From contig CM119371.1 of assembly GCA_051294905.1 (NCBI GenBank), positions 35,218,001 to 35,282,000 on the forward strand: DNA of 64,000 nt, written 5' to 3'. Under the pieces are notes generated by a model, which was not told where the DNA came from, did no database searches, and worked only from the letters and a program-made list of their open reading frames with translations. Below are positions 39,701 to 53,127 of this stretch, piece by piece. Every line of letters begins with the position of its first letter. Position 1 is the stretch's first letter. A program made the position numbers and the translations under genes. This DNA is from Botryllus schlosseri (Eukaryota).

Positions 39701-42700
39701 AGTAAGTGGTGCAAGCAGTCAAATCCTATTTGAGTAATCCGAAGAAGTAGAGGTGCTCTTTTATTGACACACTCTGCTCCCTGTGCACAGTGTGCAGGTT
39801 ATAATTTTTGTTTACTATTAATGTAACTTAACAGGTATGACAATCAGCAACAAGCCGGAGGCCCGGAAAAGCAAGTTCTTCTGGACGAAGACGACGACCT
39901 GTGGGTGTCTCTCCGCCATCAGCACATCGCAGTGGTTTCCAAGTACGACAAGTTGAATTCGTATACCTACCTCGCCCAGGGTTGTAACCAAGTCACAAGG
40001 CTCCGAGTCGCAAGTCAATCTCACTTTTCTAGTTTTGACTCGAGTCAAGTCGAGTCATTTTTTGTTCACCACCGAGTTAAGTCCGAGTCCAAGTCAGCGA
40101 GCAGAGGGCCGAGTCCAAGTCATGGTGTTGACTGCTCAGTAGGGCTCTTCAAAAATGACTTTTTTTCTCAAATCGTACTGGCTACTTGATAAAATTGTTA
40201 GGTTACCTAGGTTAAGCCTACACACTAAATTTGTTTCGCTCGGTTTCCAGTTAAAGTCTTGTTAACCCACTTTTTTTATAACTCCGATTGGTGATATCGA
40301 ATATTTCGCATTTATAGCATACTAATTTTCCTCATTTTCAGCGGTATCTGGTCGCATTTTCAAGTGCCAGTACCAATAGACGAAATCCCAATAGTGTGGT
40401 TACTTTACTATTCTTCGAAATTACAATGAAATGTTGGTATTGACCGTCTGAGTCTCGAGTCACATGACTTGGTTCGAGTCATGCGCAATGACTCGAGTCC
40501 AAGTCGAGTCGAGTCATTTCCGTATTTTGACGAAATGACTCGAGTCAAGTCGAGTCATCAGAAAATTGCGACTCGAGTCGAGTCATGACTTGAGTCATTA
40601 CAACCCTGGCCACGGGCAACGCTTCTTGTGGATAAGAAAGTACACCAGACCTTGAGATCTCGTGTCTTTTTTTCGAATCGGTACAAAATCAGTTTCCGCA
40701 TGATTCACGGCACGCTTGAAGAATCTGTTTTTTTTTTGTGGAGATTCCTTCAATTTATTTATTTTTTCCTAAATTTTTAATTTAATTTCTTTACGTTTGA
40801 TTTTATTTCAGGACCGTTACCGCGAAACTGAAGGATTTCGCGACGGAGAAACGCGTCAAAACTGAAAACGAGACCAAGACCACAATGCGCGACCTGTCGA
40901 ATATGCTTAAAAAAATGCCGCAATACCAGAAAGAGTTGAACAAGGTACGCGTCATACCAAACAGAGGTCTTCTAAATGGTCCGTTGGTACTCGAGAGAAG
41001 TAGAATTTCCACTCAATTACGAGTAGAATAACGATTTCGAAGGCATACATCGAAACTTCTACAACAGGGCCGGCCAACCTTTTCAGCCAAAGGGCCACAT
41101 TCGATTGACGAAATATTGCGCGGGCCACTCACCGCGCGAAGTGCGAAATTTTTTTGAAATTCATAGGTCAATAATATTGTCACTTGACTATATTGCGACC
41201 CTGTCGTATATCGCTGGGCTAAGTTTGCGAGGAATGGGCTATTCGGCGCATGGACATATCGGTATCGAAAGCTGCGACCAACATGCGTCAATCTTTCCGT
41301 CCCTAGGTTCCATAGTCAACGATCTTACTGCGAGCGCAAACGCAGGTCGCATATGTTGAACGACACTTTGTCCCGTAATCGCGAATATAGTTAAACTCAA
41401 TCTGATACATCAGGCGTTCTTCCATTTTCACAAAAAGGGCAACAATATTAAAAACAAGGAATCGAGTGACAACATGTTGCGCTAAGCTTGCAGAAAATTT
41501 TTACTTTTCATAAATCCATCGCAAATTATTCTGCTTTATTGTAGTGTACGAAGATATATCAATATGTGACTGGCTGATGGATCTGTCAATGCGTCGGAAG
41601 TGATATATTAGTCATCACATCTCAAGTGTTGCGGCCAAACTAATCACAATTTCACAATCTGTGCAATCCATTTTTGATATTAGAAATTTCCGAAATTACC
41701 TCGCGGGCCACTCAAAACCCTCTCGCGGGCCACATGTGGCCCGCGGGCCACGGGTTGGCCGGCCCTGTTCTACAAGTTTAAATAGAAAACGAAGGCATGG
41801 AAAGAATTCGGGCACTTCTATATACGCCCCAGATCGGAACAGTGTCCCCCATGACACCGGTAAGTGTTTCCCGTGAACACGATAAAATTTTACAAACGTC
41901 AAAATAAATTGTTTTTTGCCTTTGGAGAGACTGATAGGGGTAGGGAGATATTAGGGTTGGATGTGGGTTGGGGTTAGGGTAGCCCAAGATTACGGTTGGG
42001 GGAGGGGGATGTTAGGGTTGGAGGAGAGAGGGATATTAGGGTTGGAGGGGGGTTAGGGTCAAAGTTGAGGTTAGGGTATCTCAACATTAGAGTTATGGGA
42101 TATTAGGGTTGGGGAAGGGGGGTATTAGGGTTGGAGGAGAGAGGGATATTAGGGTAGGGGAAGGGGGATATTAGGGTTAGGGGAGGGGGATATTAGAGTT
42201 AGTGGTCAGTTAGGGTGTCCCAAGATCAGGTTAGGGGTGATGAGGGACACGATATCCAACCCTAATATCCCCCTTCCCCAACCCTAATCTTGGGATACCC
42301 TAACCTCAACTTTGACCCTAACCCGCATCCAACTCTAATATCCATCTCTCCAAAGGCAAAAAACAATTTATTTTGACGTTTATAAACTTTTATTGTGTTC
42401 ATGGGAAACACATGTTGGTGTCATGGAAAGCACTGTTTCGATCTAGAGCAGAGGTCTCAAACACGCGGCCCGACGCCATTTTAGATTTTTATTACGTTGA
42501 CAATGTATAGGCCTAAGTGTCACATATATCTTTTCGGGTTATAAAGTGAAAATTCCCTCTTAAATTGCACCGAAAAACAGAAACTATTCATCAAACTTCA
42601 CCATCACATCAATTGCAAACGCTACCATGCAGTGGAAGATTCACTATTTCGCCCCATTTCCAATTCATGATGACAAAACCTGACCCTTGAACGATTCGTG

Positions 42701-45700
42701 ACTGAAATTTGTGAGTTGGACTTGGACGCGACCTTTCTTAGAATTACTCAGACTCGGGCTAACTCGATGGCAAAATGAAAATGACTCGAGTGGACTCGAA
42801 GTGACTCGGAATGCCGTGAATTTGTTAGAACAATGGGCGCAACAAACTAATCGCGTATTAGGGGAATAGTAATAGATCAGAAAGTCGCAGCTTGGTATTT
42901 CGCGAACTAAGCAAGTAGTTTTGGTAACCATTGGCAATCTGACAGTTACATTTTTGGTCGCTAAATGATGTTATTAAGGGCACTTACAAGTACCGAGTAC
43001 CGTAGTTGTACGCTCCAACGATGTAACAACAATGGCCCGTTCGGCGTCCCGACATTTCAATCACTAGGACACATTCATTAATATATTTATATTATATTTT
43101 TATTTGTTTCTGCTCCTATATTTGAAGATATTTTGCCATGAGATTATTAGCCTACTTATCAGAAGTATACCGGAATCCTGGATTGGAATTACAATGCCCA
43201 ACCTAAAAATGTTTTGATATCAAATCAGTCTCTATTATCAATCTGTTAAATTCAAAATATTCATAGTAGCTGCAAAATTATAACCCGATAGCTTTTATGA
43301 TGGCATCATACATTTGTCCGCCCATATTGTGGCTATATCTTATAATTAATATATATCAAGTACAACAACAATTCTATTCAAATAGTTATAAATGTGATGA
43401 TTCTTTTCGTGCCACGCCTGAATTTATACAAGAGTAAATCACATTTGACGATACTGTCAGTCTTTTGGATCGGCTCACTTTCAATAAAACAATTCATTCC
43501 CGCCAAATAAGGCCTACTTGGAAATACATAGAATATCCCTATAAATGCTGCGGCCCGCGTCGTCGTCAAAACTGGAAAACTGGCCCACGAGCACATTTTA
43601 GTTTGAGACCTCTGATCTAGAGCGTATATCGAACAAGCGCCACAATTCGAATATACCGTTTCAAACCGTAGACTGGCTTGGTAGAAAGTCAAACATGGCT
43701 ACCTTCCAAATTTCAAGATCTTTTTCACTGATACATAATAGGTAATGACACTGCTAGTAGGTGCCAACGATAGATTCGGTCGCCCGGCTACAGGGATCAT
43801 TCCGCATGGTTGTAATGACAGTTTCACTTGTGAAACTTATCCCAAACTACCTTTTACCTTACAAAATTAGTAAAATGAACTGGTAATGGAAGTGATGTTT
43901 TTATTTTTCGCATTTGATTCGTATGATTATGTGGCTGTAGTTGTTGTGTTGGTTTATATCTGCGAATGTTATTGGTTCACGAAACCATGTCTCGAAATTT
44001 TACTGGTCTCCAAGCTAAAACACATTCCGAGCCCCAGTGTTTTATAGTACATATATAGTGATTTAATATCAAAGTTAATTTAATTCTGTAACACCACCGA
44101 AAATTGGAATTAACACTGATGATTTCTTGTTTGGCGTTTCCAGATATCAGTGTGTCTATCACATCACGGCCCACTCCGTTTGTTTTGATGCTGTAAGGTT
44201 ATTTCAACGGCAGCTAGGTCTAATATTAACCAGGCTAACCTCCTCACCTTCGTTTGTTTCGTTGATTTTATTTTGCGTGGATCTGTTGCCAATTCATTTT
44301 AGTTTTATTGCGTTGTGTTCAATCGATGCAGGGCAGTGTTGGGATCAAGTCACAACCTTCAAGTCACAACTCGCCTCGAGTCAATCCAGATTTTGACTCG
44401 ATTCAAGTCGAGTCACTCGATTTTTGAAGGTGACTCGAGTCGAGTCAAGTCACTAGTCAAGTCATATTCATTGCATCATTTTGCTAGCTGTTGGAAATAC
44501 AGATTGAGACCCCATTTATTCTGAATCGAGTCGAATATAGAGTTGAATATACATGCAACGAGACATTGTGTCGATCACACAACTGCTAACTACGCAAGTA
44601 ATGGTATAGCCCTAGTCTGTAATTATCAGCCAAAATACAGGACCTCAGAAAGCTGAAAAAATGCTATGATGCAATACACTACCCACTTACGTATACATGA
44701 TATACAATTTAAGCCTGTCGATGCGTAATATAAGCGTGTGAACGATGTTATTCCGATTTTAATCATACTCGAGGGTTGGTTATATGAGCACTAGGGGTAT
44801 TCAAAAAACACTTTTTTCCTCAAATCGTACAGGCTACTTGATAAAATTGTTAGGTTACCTAATTTAAGCCTACACACCAAATTTGGCACAATTCGAACCA
44901 GTAGCCGCATTGCTACAGGGGAGGAGATTTTCGATTTATTATATCGGAGTTATTGCCGTCAAAAAATTTGAATTTGAATAAAATGGTATTTACGGTGAGC
45001 GCCACTATAATGAATAATTAAAGAATTGGTCACCGTAAACACTATTTTATTCATAATCCAAATTTTTCGACGGCAATAACTCCGCTTCCGCTGATCGGAA
45101 TTGAACCAAATTTGGTGAAAATCGTTACTATAGACAACCAAACACTTTCATAGGGTGAACAGAAAATTTTCAAATTTTTTGTTATTCATTTTTATATAAT
45201 AAATAGAAAATTTCTTCTGTAGCAATGCGGCTACTGGCTGGAATTGTGCCAAATTCGGTGTGTAGGCTTAAATTAGGTAACCAAATTTTTGAATACCCCT
45301 AATGAGCACTTTATAGAAGAGAGATCAATAACTGTAATACTAGATTACGACAACGTAAGATGTAAGCTCCGATCACTGCGTTTGTGGTTTAACTTGATAT
45401 ATATAACAACGGAGGCTAGTTACTACGCACACAATCATTGAGTGATTGGATGCGCTCACGGGTCACACCAGCGTACCGTTAACAATCAGGACTTATAAGA
45501 GATACAGCGATTTGGTTGACACTGATCCCCTGACGACTTGAAATTGACTCGTAAATTTTACTTCGAGTCACGAATCAATCCGTGTTTCTGAAGCGTCAAA
45601 TCGAGTCATTTTTGCAAAGTGACTCGAGTCACCCCAACGCTGGTGCAGGGTGATTGAAATTTGCTCACAAAGGGGGTCAAGTCAGGGCTGTAATGACTTG

Positions 45701-48700
45701 AGTCATGACTCGACCCGAGTCATGATTTTCTGATGATTCGACTTGGCGCGAGTCATTTTCGTAAATTACGAAAATGGCTCGACTCGAGTCAATCTGTGTA
45801 TTGACTCGACTTGGACTCGAGTCATTTCGTATGACTCGAACCAAGTCATATGACAGGAGACTCAGACGGCCAAGACCGTCATTTCATTGTCATTTCGAAG
45901 AATAGTAAAGTAACCACACTATTGGGATTTCATCTATTGGTAGTGGTACTTGGAAATGCGACCAAAACTGCTAAAAGTGAGGAAAATTTGTATATTATAA
46001 TTGCGAACCATTTGATCGCACCAAACAGACTTGTAAAAAGTGAGTTTAACAAGACTTTAACTGGAAACTGAACACTTGAGCAGTCAACACAATGACTCGG
46101 ACTCAGATTCGAGTCATAATAACTCGGACTCAACCCTCTGCTCGCTGACTTGGACTCGGACTTGACTTGGTGTTGAATTGAAAATGACTCGACTTGACTC
46201 GAGTCAAAACTAGAAAAATGAGATTGACTTGTGACTCGGAGCCTCGTGACTGGGTTACAACCCTTGGTCGTGCGCATCCTAACACAGGTTTTAAGAGCCC
46301 CTGCTTTAGAATAATCTATAATTCTAATCGAATTCTGCAGTACTCGACGCACCTCCACCTTGCCGAGGACTGCATGAAGCAGTACAGCGACAAGGTGGAC
46401 AAGCTGTGCAAGGTGGAGCAGGACCTGGCCATGGGCACCGACGTCGAGGGCAACAAGGTCAAGGAGCCCATGAAGAACATCGTGCCCATACTGCTGGACC
46501 AGGACGTTTCCGCCAACGACAAGATCAGAATCATACTGCTTTACATCATTTTGAAAGGAGGTAAGTGGAATACGGAAGCGTGTTGTGTAATGCAAGTGTG
46601 TGGATTTGTATTGATCGAAAGGAAAGAAAAGCTTGTTATGTATTTTTGTCCTTGATGTTTTGCAGCATGCACATGATCTGTGCATAATAGGGTTTTTTTT
46701 CTTAAGATTTCACTGGCTATGTGGTACAATTGTTCGGTTGGCTAAAACAACACTGCACACCAAATTTGGCTCAATTCCGAGCAGTAGAAGCGAGGTTCTT
46801 GCAGTAGAAAGTTCTGAGTTTATTATATAAATAATAAAATTTCAAATTTTTCTGTCCACCCCATAAAATTGGCAAGCTGTCAGTAAAGATATTGTACACC
46901 GAAATCGGCTCAATTCCAACCATTAGAAGCGAAGGTATTGCAGTAGAAAAATGTCTCGTTCCATGATTTTATAATGAATAATCAAACACTTAACCACCGT
47001 AAATGGTATTTTATTGGAATTCGAATTTTTCTACTGCAATAATTTCGCTTCTAGTGGTCGGAATTGAGCCAAATTTGGTATGCATCATCTCTACTGGCAG
47101 CATAACAATTTTATGGGGTCAGCAGAAAATTTTATTTTTTGAAATTTATTTTTATATAATAAAGTCTAAACTTTCTGCAGCAAGAACCCCGCTTCTACTG
47201 GTTGGAATTGAACCAAATTTGGTGTGCAGCGTGGTTTTAGCCAAAATAATAATTTTATCACGTAGCCAGTGAAATTTGAAAGAAAAAATTGATTTTGAAC
47301 AGCCTAACCGGATATGCACGCCATGAGTCCGGGATGTGCATGTGCCGCAGGACAAGGGAGGTGCAGATATAGCCTTGCAAGGCTTTCTAAGTCTGGCACG
47401 ACCCCGCCGTGCTATCCCGGAAATGCTGAGCGCCAAACGGGGAAGTCATGGATACCGGTGCCACTAATCGGGTCTTTGGTCTGACCCGGCCGGGGAGTGA
47501 ACCCACTACCTACAGATCAAGAAGACTGACGCTGTCTTGTCGGTCACAAGCTTATTTCGGGTGTTAATTGGGCGACTGGCCTGAAATTTTTAATCTGGCT
47601 GTCCATTTTGGTTAGATTTCCATTTTGAGCACTATACACAATAATTTTACTAGTTACCGTATGTTTGACGCCCCTGATGTAATGTGTCGTCGTGTTTTGA
47701 CGCCAGCGTTTCGATTCGCGCAGGGATTCCAGACGAGAGCCTGGAGAAGCTGTTGAACCACGCGAAAATCACGGGCTCCGACGTGGATTCCATTCGCAAC
47801 ATGCAATATCTGCCCGTGACAATCAGCAATAACGAGGTATGACCGTCAACCTCTCTCTCTCTCTCTATCATTTTCTCTTTCCCTGTATCTCAGCCGGTGT
47901 CTGCAAACTATCTGAACCTTGCCATGAAATATGATCGAATTTCAATTCTCTCTAGAAAACTGTCGCAGAATTGGAAGTAGTACAGAAACATAACTGCTTC
48001 ATCACTGACCACTAGGGCTGTTAAAAAAACTTTTCCTTCGGATTTCACTGGCTACTTGATAAAATTGTTAGGTTGGTTAAAAAAAACGCTGCACACCGAC
48101 TTTGGCTTCGTTCCAACCAGTGGAAGGGAGATTTGTGTGGTAGAAAGTTTTATCATTATTATCATTAAAATTTATCATTAAAAAATAAAAATGCAAAAGT
48201 TTTCAGCCGACAGCAGAAAAATTTGGATTTGAATAAAATAGTATTGACGGTGACTGATTACTTATTATAAAATCATGGAATTAGAAATTTTTCTACTGCA
48301 ATAACTTTGCTTCTAGTAGTTGGAATGGAGCCAAAGTTGGTGTGCAGTGTTTTTTTAACCAACCTAACAATTTTATCAAGTAGCCAGTGAAATCTGAAGG
48401 AAAAGTTTTTTTTAACAGCCCTACTGAATACTGACCATTCTATCATTTTTTTCCAGATTCAGGGGAGTCACCGATTAAACTATATTAGGTTGCCAAAAAA
48501 TAACGCTGCACACCAAATTTTGCTCAATTCCAACTGGTGTGAACCAACGGTCGTTTGAAAATTTTGAATTTACTAATAATAACTTGAAAAAATAATTCAA
48601 ATTTCACTGTCAACTCCATGAAATAGTTGCGTTGTCTAAAAGAACGTTGCTTGACAATTTTTGCTCACTTCCAACCGGTAGAAACGAAGCTATTATATTC

Positions 48701-51700
48701 ACAAAAATAACATAGACGGTGGGTAATCCCTGAATTATTAGCGAAAAACTCAAATAACTTTGCTTTTACGGTTTGGAATTGCGTCAAATTTGTTATGCAT
48801 CGTTTTCGTAGATAAAATAACAATTTTTTTTTATATTTAATTCAAAATTTTCACATCTACCAGTTTGAGTCGAATTTGGTGGGCACCGTTTTAGGAAACC
48901 CATTAATTTAATCAGTGAATCCCTGGAATCTGTAGAAAAAGCTATTTTTAGCAACCCTAATGTACAACCAGAGGTAGGCTGGTCAGTAATTTAGCAGTTC
49001 GAGTCAGACTACTCACTGAAGGTTTCACATCTGTTAGCAATTTTCATTTTATCAGCTGTAAACAAGTCACAATGTTCCTAGTCACAAGTCAATCTCACTA
49101 TTATAGTTTTGACTTGAGTCAAGTCGAGTCATTTTCAATTCGCCATCGAGTCGAGCCCGAGTCCAAGTCATTGCGATGACTGCTCAGTTTTGAGTAAAAG
49201 CCTTGTTAAAACCACTTTTTATTTAGTGATATCGAATTGTTCGCATATAAAATATACTGATTTCCCCACTTTTAGCAGTTTTAGGTCACATTTTCAAGTA
49301 CCAGTAACAATAGGCAAAATACCAGCAGTGTGGTTACTTTACTATTCTTCGAAACTGCTATGAAATGTCGGTCTTGGCCGTCTGAGACTCGAGTCCTATG
49401 CAGATTGACTCGAGTCTAGTCATTTCCGTATTTTGTGAAAATGACTCGAGTCATTACAACCCTGTGAAATACCAATTATGTGGTGGCTTTACTATTCTTC
49501 GAAGTCACACTGAAATGTTTGTCTTGGCCGTCATAGTCTCGAGTCAATGAATTGATTTGAGTCATTACAAAAATCGAGTTGAGTCCTTAAAATTACAACC
49601 CTGGTCGAAGACGTCACATAAAACTTTCAAAAGCTCAACAGCTTTCATCTGAATTAAACTTCTAATCCGTGCACCTCTAATCTCGCAGGGTCGCAAGAAA
49701 CCCACGGCCAAAATCGAACGGCGCAAGCACGAGGCCCAGTACCAGCTGTCGCGTTGGACGCCGTGGGTGAAAGACGTCATGGAGCAGGCCGTCGAGGACA
49801 AGCTGGACCAGAAGGTGTTCCCGTTCTTGTCCGGACGCAGCAATGCCGGGGCTAGCGGCGGCGGGGTGAAAAGGCGAGTGTGCGCTCGTGGAAATTGAAA
49901 TTGTTTTGCGTTGTCTCGGTTTTTTTTTGCGATTTCAGCGTGAAAAAATGACAAGCACTATAACATTCAAAAAATAATGTAATGAGTGGAGATTTTTTTA
50001 CCTAAAAAACGCAAGATTTTGACCTAAAAAATCAAAATTTTGACATTGTTTTCACTTTCAAAATCTTATTTTGACTAAATTGGACCTAATGTATGCAAAT
50101 TAGGTGTTTTCCCGTATAATGTTAGATTTACACTAACCTTCTCCATTTCTGGTTGGAACTGTCTGTTCTTGCAAAGTAGTTTGGCCTGAAAAAAACGTTA
50201 TTGCCTCTAAAACCAACATGAAAGAAACTTAATTTTGACGAAATCTGGCCTTATGACGAATTCCCGTACTTACATTACTCATTATGTACAACGACAGATA
50301 CTTTTCCACAATCTCGCTTAGAAAGCGTTTGTCCCTATAAGTATATTGCCAGGAATGGAGAAAGAACGTTCAACAGCAGCAGTTGTTGGCTGACAACACT
50401 GAAGTTGTGCGTACACTGCTGGTGACACACCGTGTCGCTTCATTCTGGCAATGTTGTCTACATCACAATTTTTCATCATTCGCTTCTTGATATAAGAACC
50501 ACGCAATGCCCACGCAGTCTTGCTTCAGTTGGGATATTGCGGTACGTTGAGCATAACACCATGTCAACCCGTTCGTTTCATTTGAACGTTCGTGATTCAC
50601 AATGTGCAGACAATGGGCCGTCTACAACGGTAGGCCAATAAAGTAGGCTACAAGCTGTAAAATGTCAAATGATAAGTTCACCGACAGTGCAAAATCTAAC
50701 ATACAAATGCAGGCTGCATAAAAGTTTTAACTTTGTAAACAATTAATTTTGACATTTTTTGACCCCAACGCTACAATTTTGACCTAATTTTGACTTTTTT
50801 TGACATAATGAATCTCTTTCGTAGCTATAGAAATTCAATGTACAATTGAATAATCTATTCGTATTGAATGAAACCAAAAAATAATTTCATGTTGAAATTT
50901 CTTAAACAGCGCGCGGTACCACTGGCACGACCGCCCCACAGAGTACAAGTCCGGCCCGCGTCTCATCATCTTCATGATCGGCGGGGTCACCTGCAGCGAG
51001 ATGAGAAGCGCCTATGAGGTCACAAACCAGCTGCGCAGCGGCGGGGACAAATGGGAAGTGCTCATCGGTGAGTCGTCGTGTGATGATACGTGTGGTAGTG
51101 TTTTGCGATGATGATTTAGTCAGCACCCCGGTAGTGTTTTTCTAACAGAATCCCATATTTCGAAATGACACAAGAATGGTATGGGACCTAAATTTTTAAT
51201 ATGCAATTGAATAATATATTCATATTGAAATAAACCCACGTATTTTCGGCCGAGACTCGTCAGAGGTAATAGTCAGCAATTAGTTAAGAACTGGAATGAA
51301 CTTCATTTTGTCAAAAATTAGTTAAAAAAATTGTAGGATCCAATGAAAGCTAAAAAACGTGGACCTTGAGTCCGAATTTCAGAAAGATTGCTTCTTACAT
51401 CTTGAAGTTATGGGTGAATGAGAAATATTCTATAACAAGGGGTAAATTAGATCCTTGAACGCATCGTTAATCCAAATCCATGCCCATCTCTGACACTTGG
51501 TATTGGCTGCGATATTGCTGTTTGACTCTTTCTTGCTACGTAGTAGGTTTGCCTGTCTAGATCATAAGTCTTTCAGGATTCTGCGGTACCAGTACTTGGC
51601 GATGATGCATTTGTTACAAATTTAATGGCTCTCTCGCAATGGATAGCAATTGGCCACTCTTTCGCACACTCTTTCTATGCAAATAAAAGAAACGAAATTT

Positions 51701-53127
51701 CTTCTGGAACATGCATGAATAGTGTAATTGCCGATGCGTCAAAAGAGGTGCTCGAACTATTTAGCATTGCTGCACAAGTAGAAGTTCTTCCATACTGGTA
51801 AAAAGTAGCTCGTAGACACCCGATCGCGAAAAGGCACACATTGATGTCACTTTTGTATGCTGGCTAAAATCGTAGCACCTTTTTTTTCAGTACCGCCATT
51901 CCAGTATTGTTCGTGAAACATGTTCTAGATATTTCATCGATTGCACCTTGATCTAATATTGTAAGTTTGGTGCTTGGAAAGCCTACCCTGTCTCAATCAG
52001 CTAACGTCCCTAATTCCCCTGTTCGATTCACCAAGCAATACCAGACTTGTGCAAACTACTGGATTTTCAAAATGCCCAACCAAAACTATCAATTGTTTAA
52101 AAGACGCAACTAACTAAAATACAGCTAGTAACTGATAATATGAATTGCTGATTACGCATAAGAAATGTCGGGGATAAGTCGGCATTTCAAAAGGACAGGG
52201 TTCTGACCGCCAAACACCCCCCCCCCCTCTTGGCTACGCCACTGTTAGTAGTGAACTACTGATGACTCTGAGCTAGCAATGGCTACAAGAACGTCGCCCT
52301 ACAAAACACCGGTATCATGATTCATACCAAACGACGACTCTTGCTCTCTAGTTGTTGGTCACTAAATTCCTTTTGAAATGCGCACTAGAACTAGAACTAC
52401 TCACTTTTCAAATCAGCAACTAGCATTATTTAGAACTAGTCAAAAATTCAGTAGTTAGTTGATAGTGAACTATCTTCTTGCATCCTGATTTTAAATCACA
52501 AGACTGATAGTTGGAATGCCTACCCTGTCCCAGTTGGCTAACTTACCAAGCAAGACAGATGCACCTAAATCCTACGCACCGTGTGACACAAGTACTTACC
52601 CTCGCTAACCACATACTCTTTCTTTCATCACAATCCGCCGCTGGGATATCTGGTACGTTGCTGTGTGGCATTGTGATGTCATTCGTTACTTTCCGTATAC
52701 TCTCACCCTCACGTGCATGTCACACCGGTTTTATATTCACGGCGTGTGCAATTTTTCGCCTTTTTTGATATTTTATTTATGTGTGCGCTTCTGCATGCGA
52801 TATTTTTGCATGTCGTCTCTCACACGGGATATTCTGCACCTGCTCATGCAATCGTACTGTATTTAATTACATGACGGTCGTTCTTTTAAAATTGTGGGTC
52901 TAAATTTGTGTTCTGGATTATTAACATATGCAATATCGCATACTTGACGGTCGTTGTCGGTATTTTGGTCACATATGTAATATCACATACTTAACGTTCG
53001 TTGTCTGTATTTGGTGACATATATATCTCCGAATGCAGGCTCGAGCCACATCGTGAACCCATACAACTTCCTCGAAGACCTGCGCCTGTTGACTAGAGCC
53101 GTGCGGTACCATGTTCTCGATTCATAG
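30746..53127 (+). CDS. STXBP1: Munc18/unc-18/Rop (Sec1/Munc18 family), 14 coding exons, 596 aa: 30746-30823, 31623-31704, 33366-33521, 34867-34970, 35668-35816, 37746-37806, 38274-38428, 39835-39942, 40812-40944, 46341-46560, 47724-47836, 49689-49873, 50910-51067, 53039-53127
   Basis: All exons are phase-consistent and sum to 1791 nt. Hallmark peptides include [96 protein letters not shown] and WEVLIGSSHI. Confidence 0.97.
36342..37610 (-). mobile_element. Deleted pogo/Tigger-like Tc1-mariner element
   Basis: TIRs CCGTAAACCGGGGTAACTTTGGACA / TGTCCAAAGTTACCCCGGTATACGG. A minus-strand remnant, [17 protein letters not shown], resembles an HTH_psq domain. Confidence 0.75.
38608..39614. mobile_element. 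TAGGGCGATT-ended MITE family (with a Penelope-like insert)
   Basis: TAGGGCGATT...AATCGCCCTA ends. Homologous segments at 1-105, 33790-34085, 36027-36335 and 49995-50700. Confidence 0.65.
39977..40608. mobile_element. MITE family B with a family A fragment inside
   Basis: CAGGGTTGTAA...TTACAACCCTG, GACTCGAGTC repeats, family A left arm at 40140-40230. Confidence 0.8.
41065..41767. mobile_element. hAT MITE
   Basis: CAGGGCCGGCCAACC...GGTTGGCCGGCCCTG, 8-bp TSD TTCTACAA. Confidence 0.9.
41804..43646. mobile_element. Foldback-type element with long TIRs and an internal TTAGGG-containing minisatellite, interrupted by a hAT MITE
   Basis: 41804-42080 is inverted relative to 42255-42448 plus 43615-43646. 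Internal ~24-bp GGGATATTAGGGTTGGAG repeats. Confidence 0.7.
42449..43614. mobile_element. hAT MITE
   Basis: CAGAGGTCTCAAAC...GTTTGAGACCTCTG, 8-bp TSD ATCTAGAG. Confidence 0.9.
44334..45642. mobile_element. hAT MITE with a family A element nested at 44792-45301
   Basis: CAGTGTTGGG...CCCAACGCTG, TSD ATGCAGGG/GTGCAGGG. The inner element has a perfect TSD, ATGAGCAC. Confidence 0.85.
45683..46265. mobile_element. MITE family B
   Basis: Reverse-orientation homologue of 39977-40608. Confidence 0.8.
46688..48960. mobile_element. Family A-related MITEs (46688-47307, 48013-48423, ~48440-48960) and a SINE (~47330-47535, minus) in Munc18 introns
   Basis: Long inverted arms similar to family A. The SINE core GACCCGGCCGGGG...GCTGAGCGCC is shared with 60702-60979. 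Confidence 0.7.

Noticed and set aside
45930..46685. 251-aa minus-strand ORF
   Set aside because: It is the antisense shadow of GC3-rich Munc18 exon 10 plus MITE sequence.
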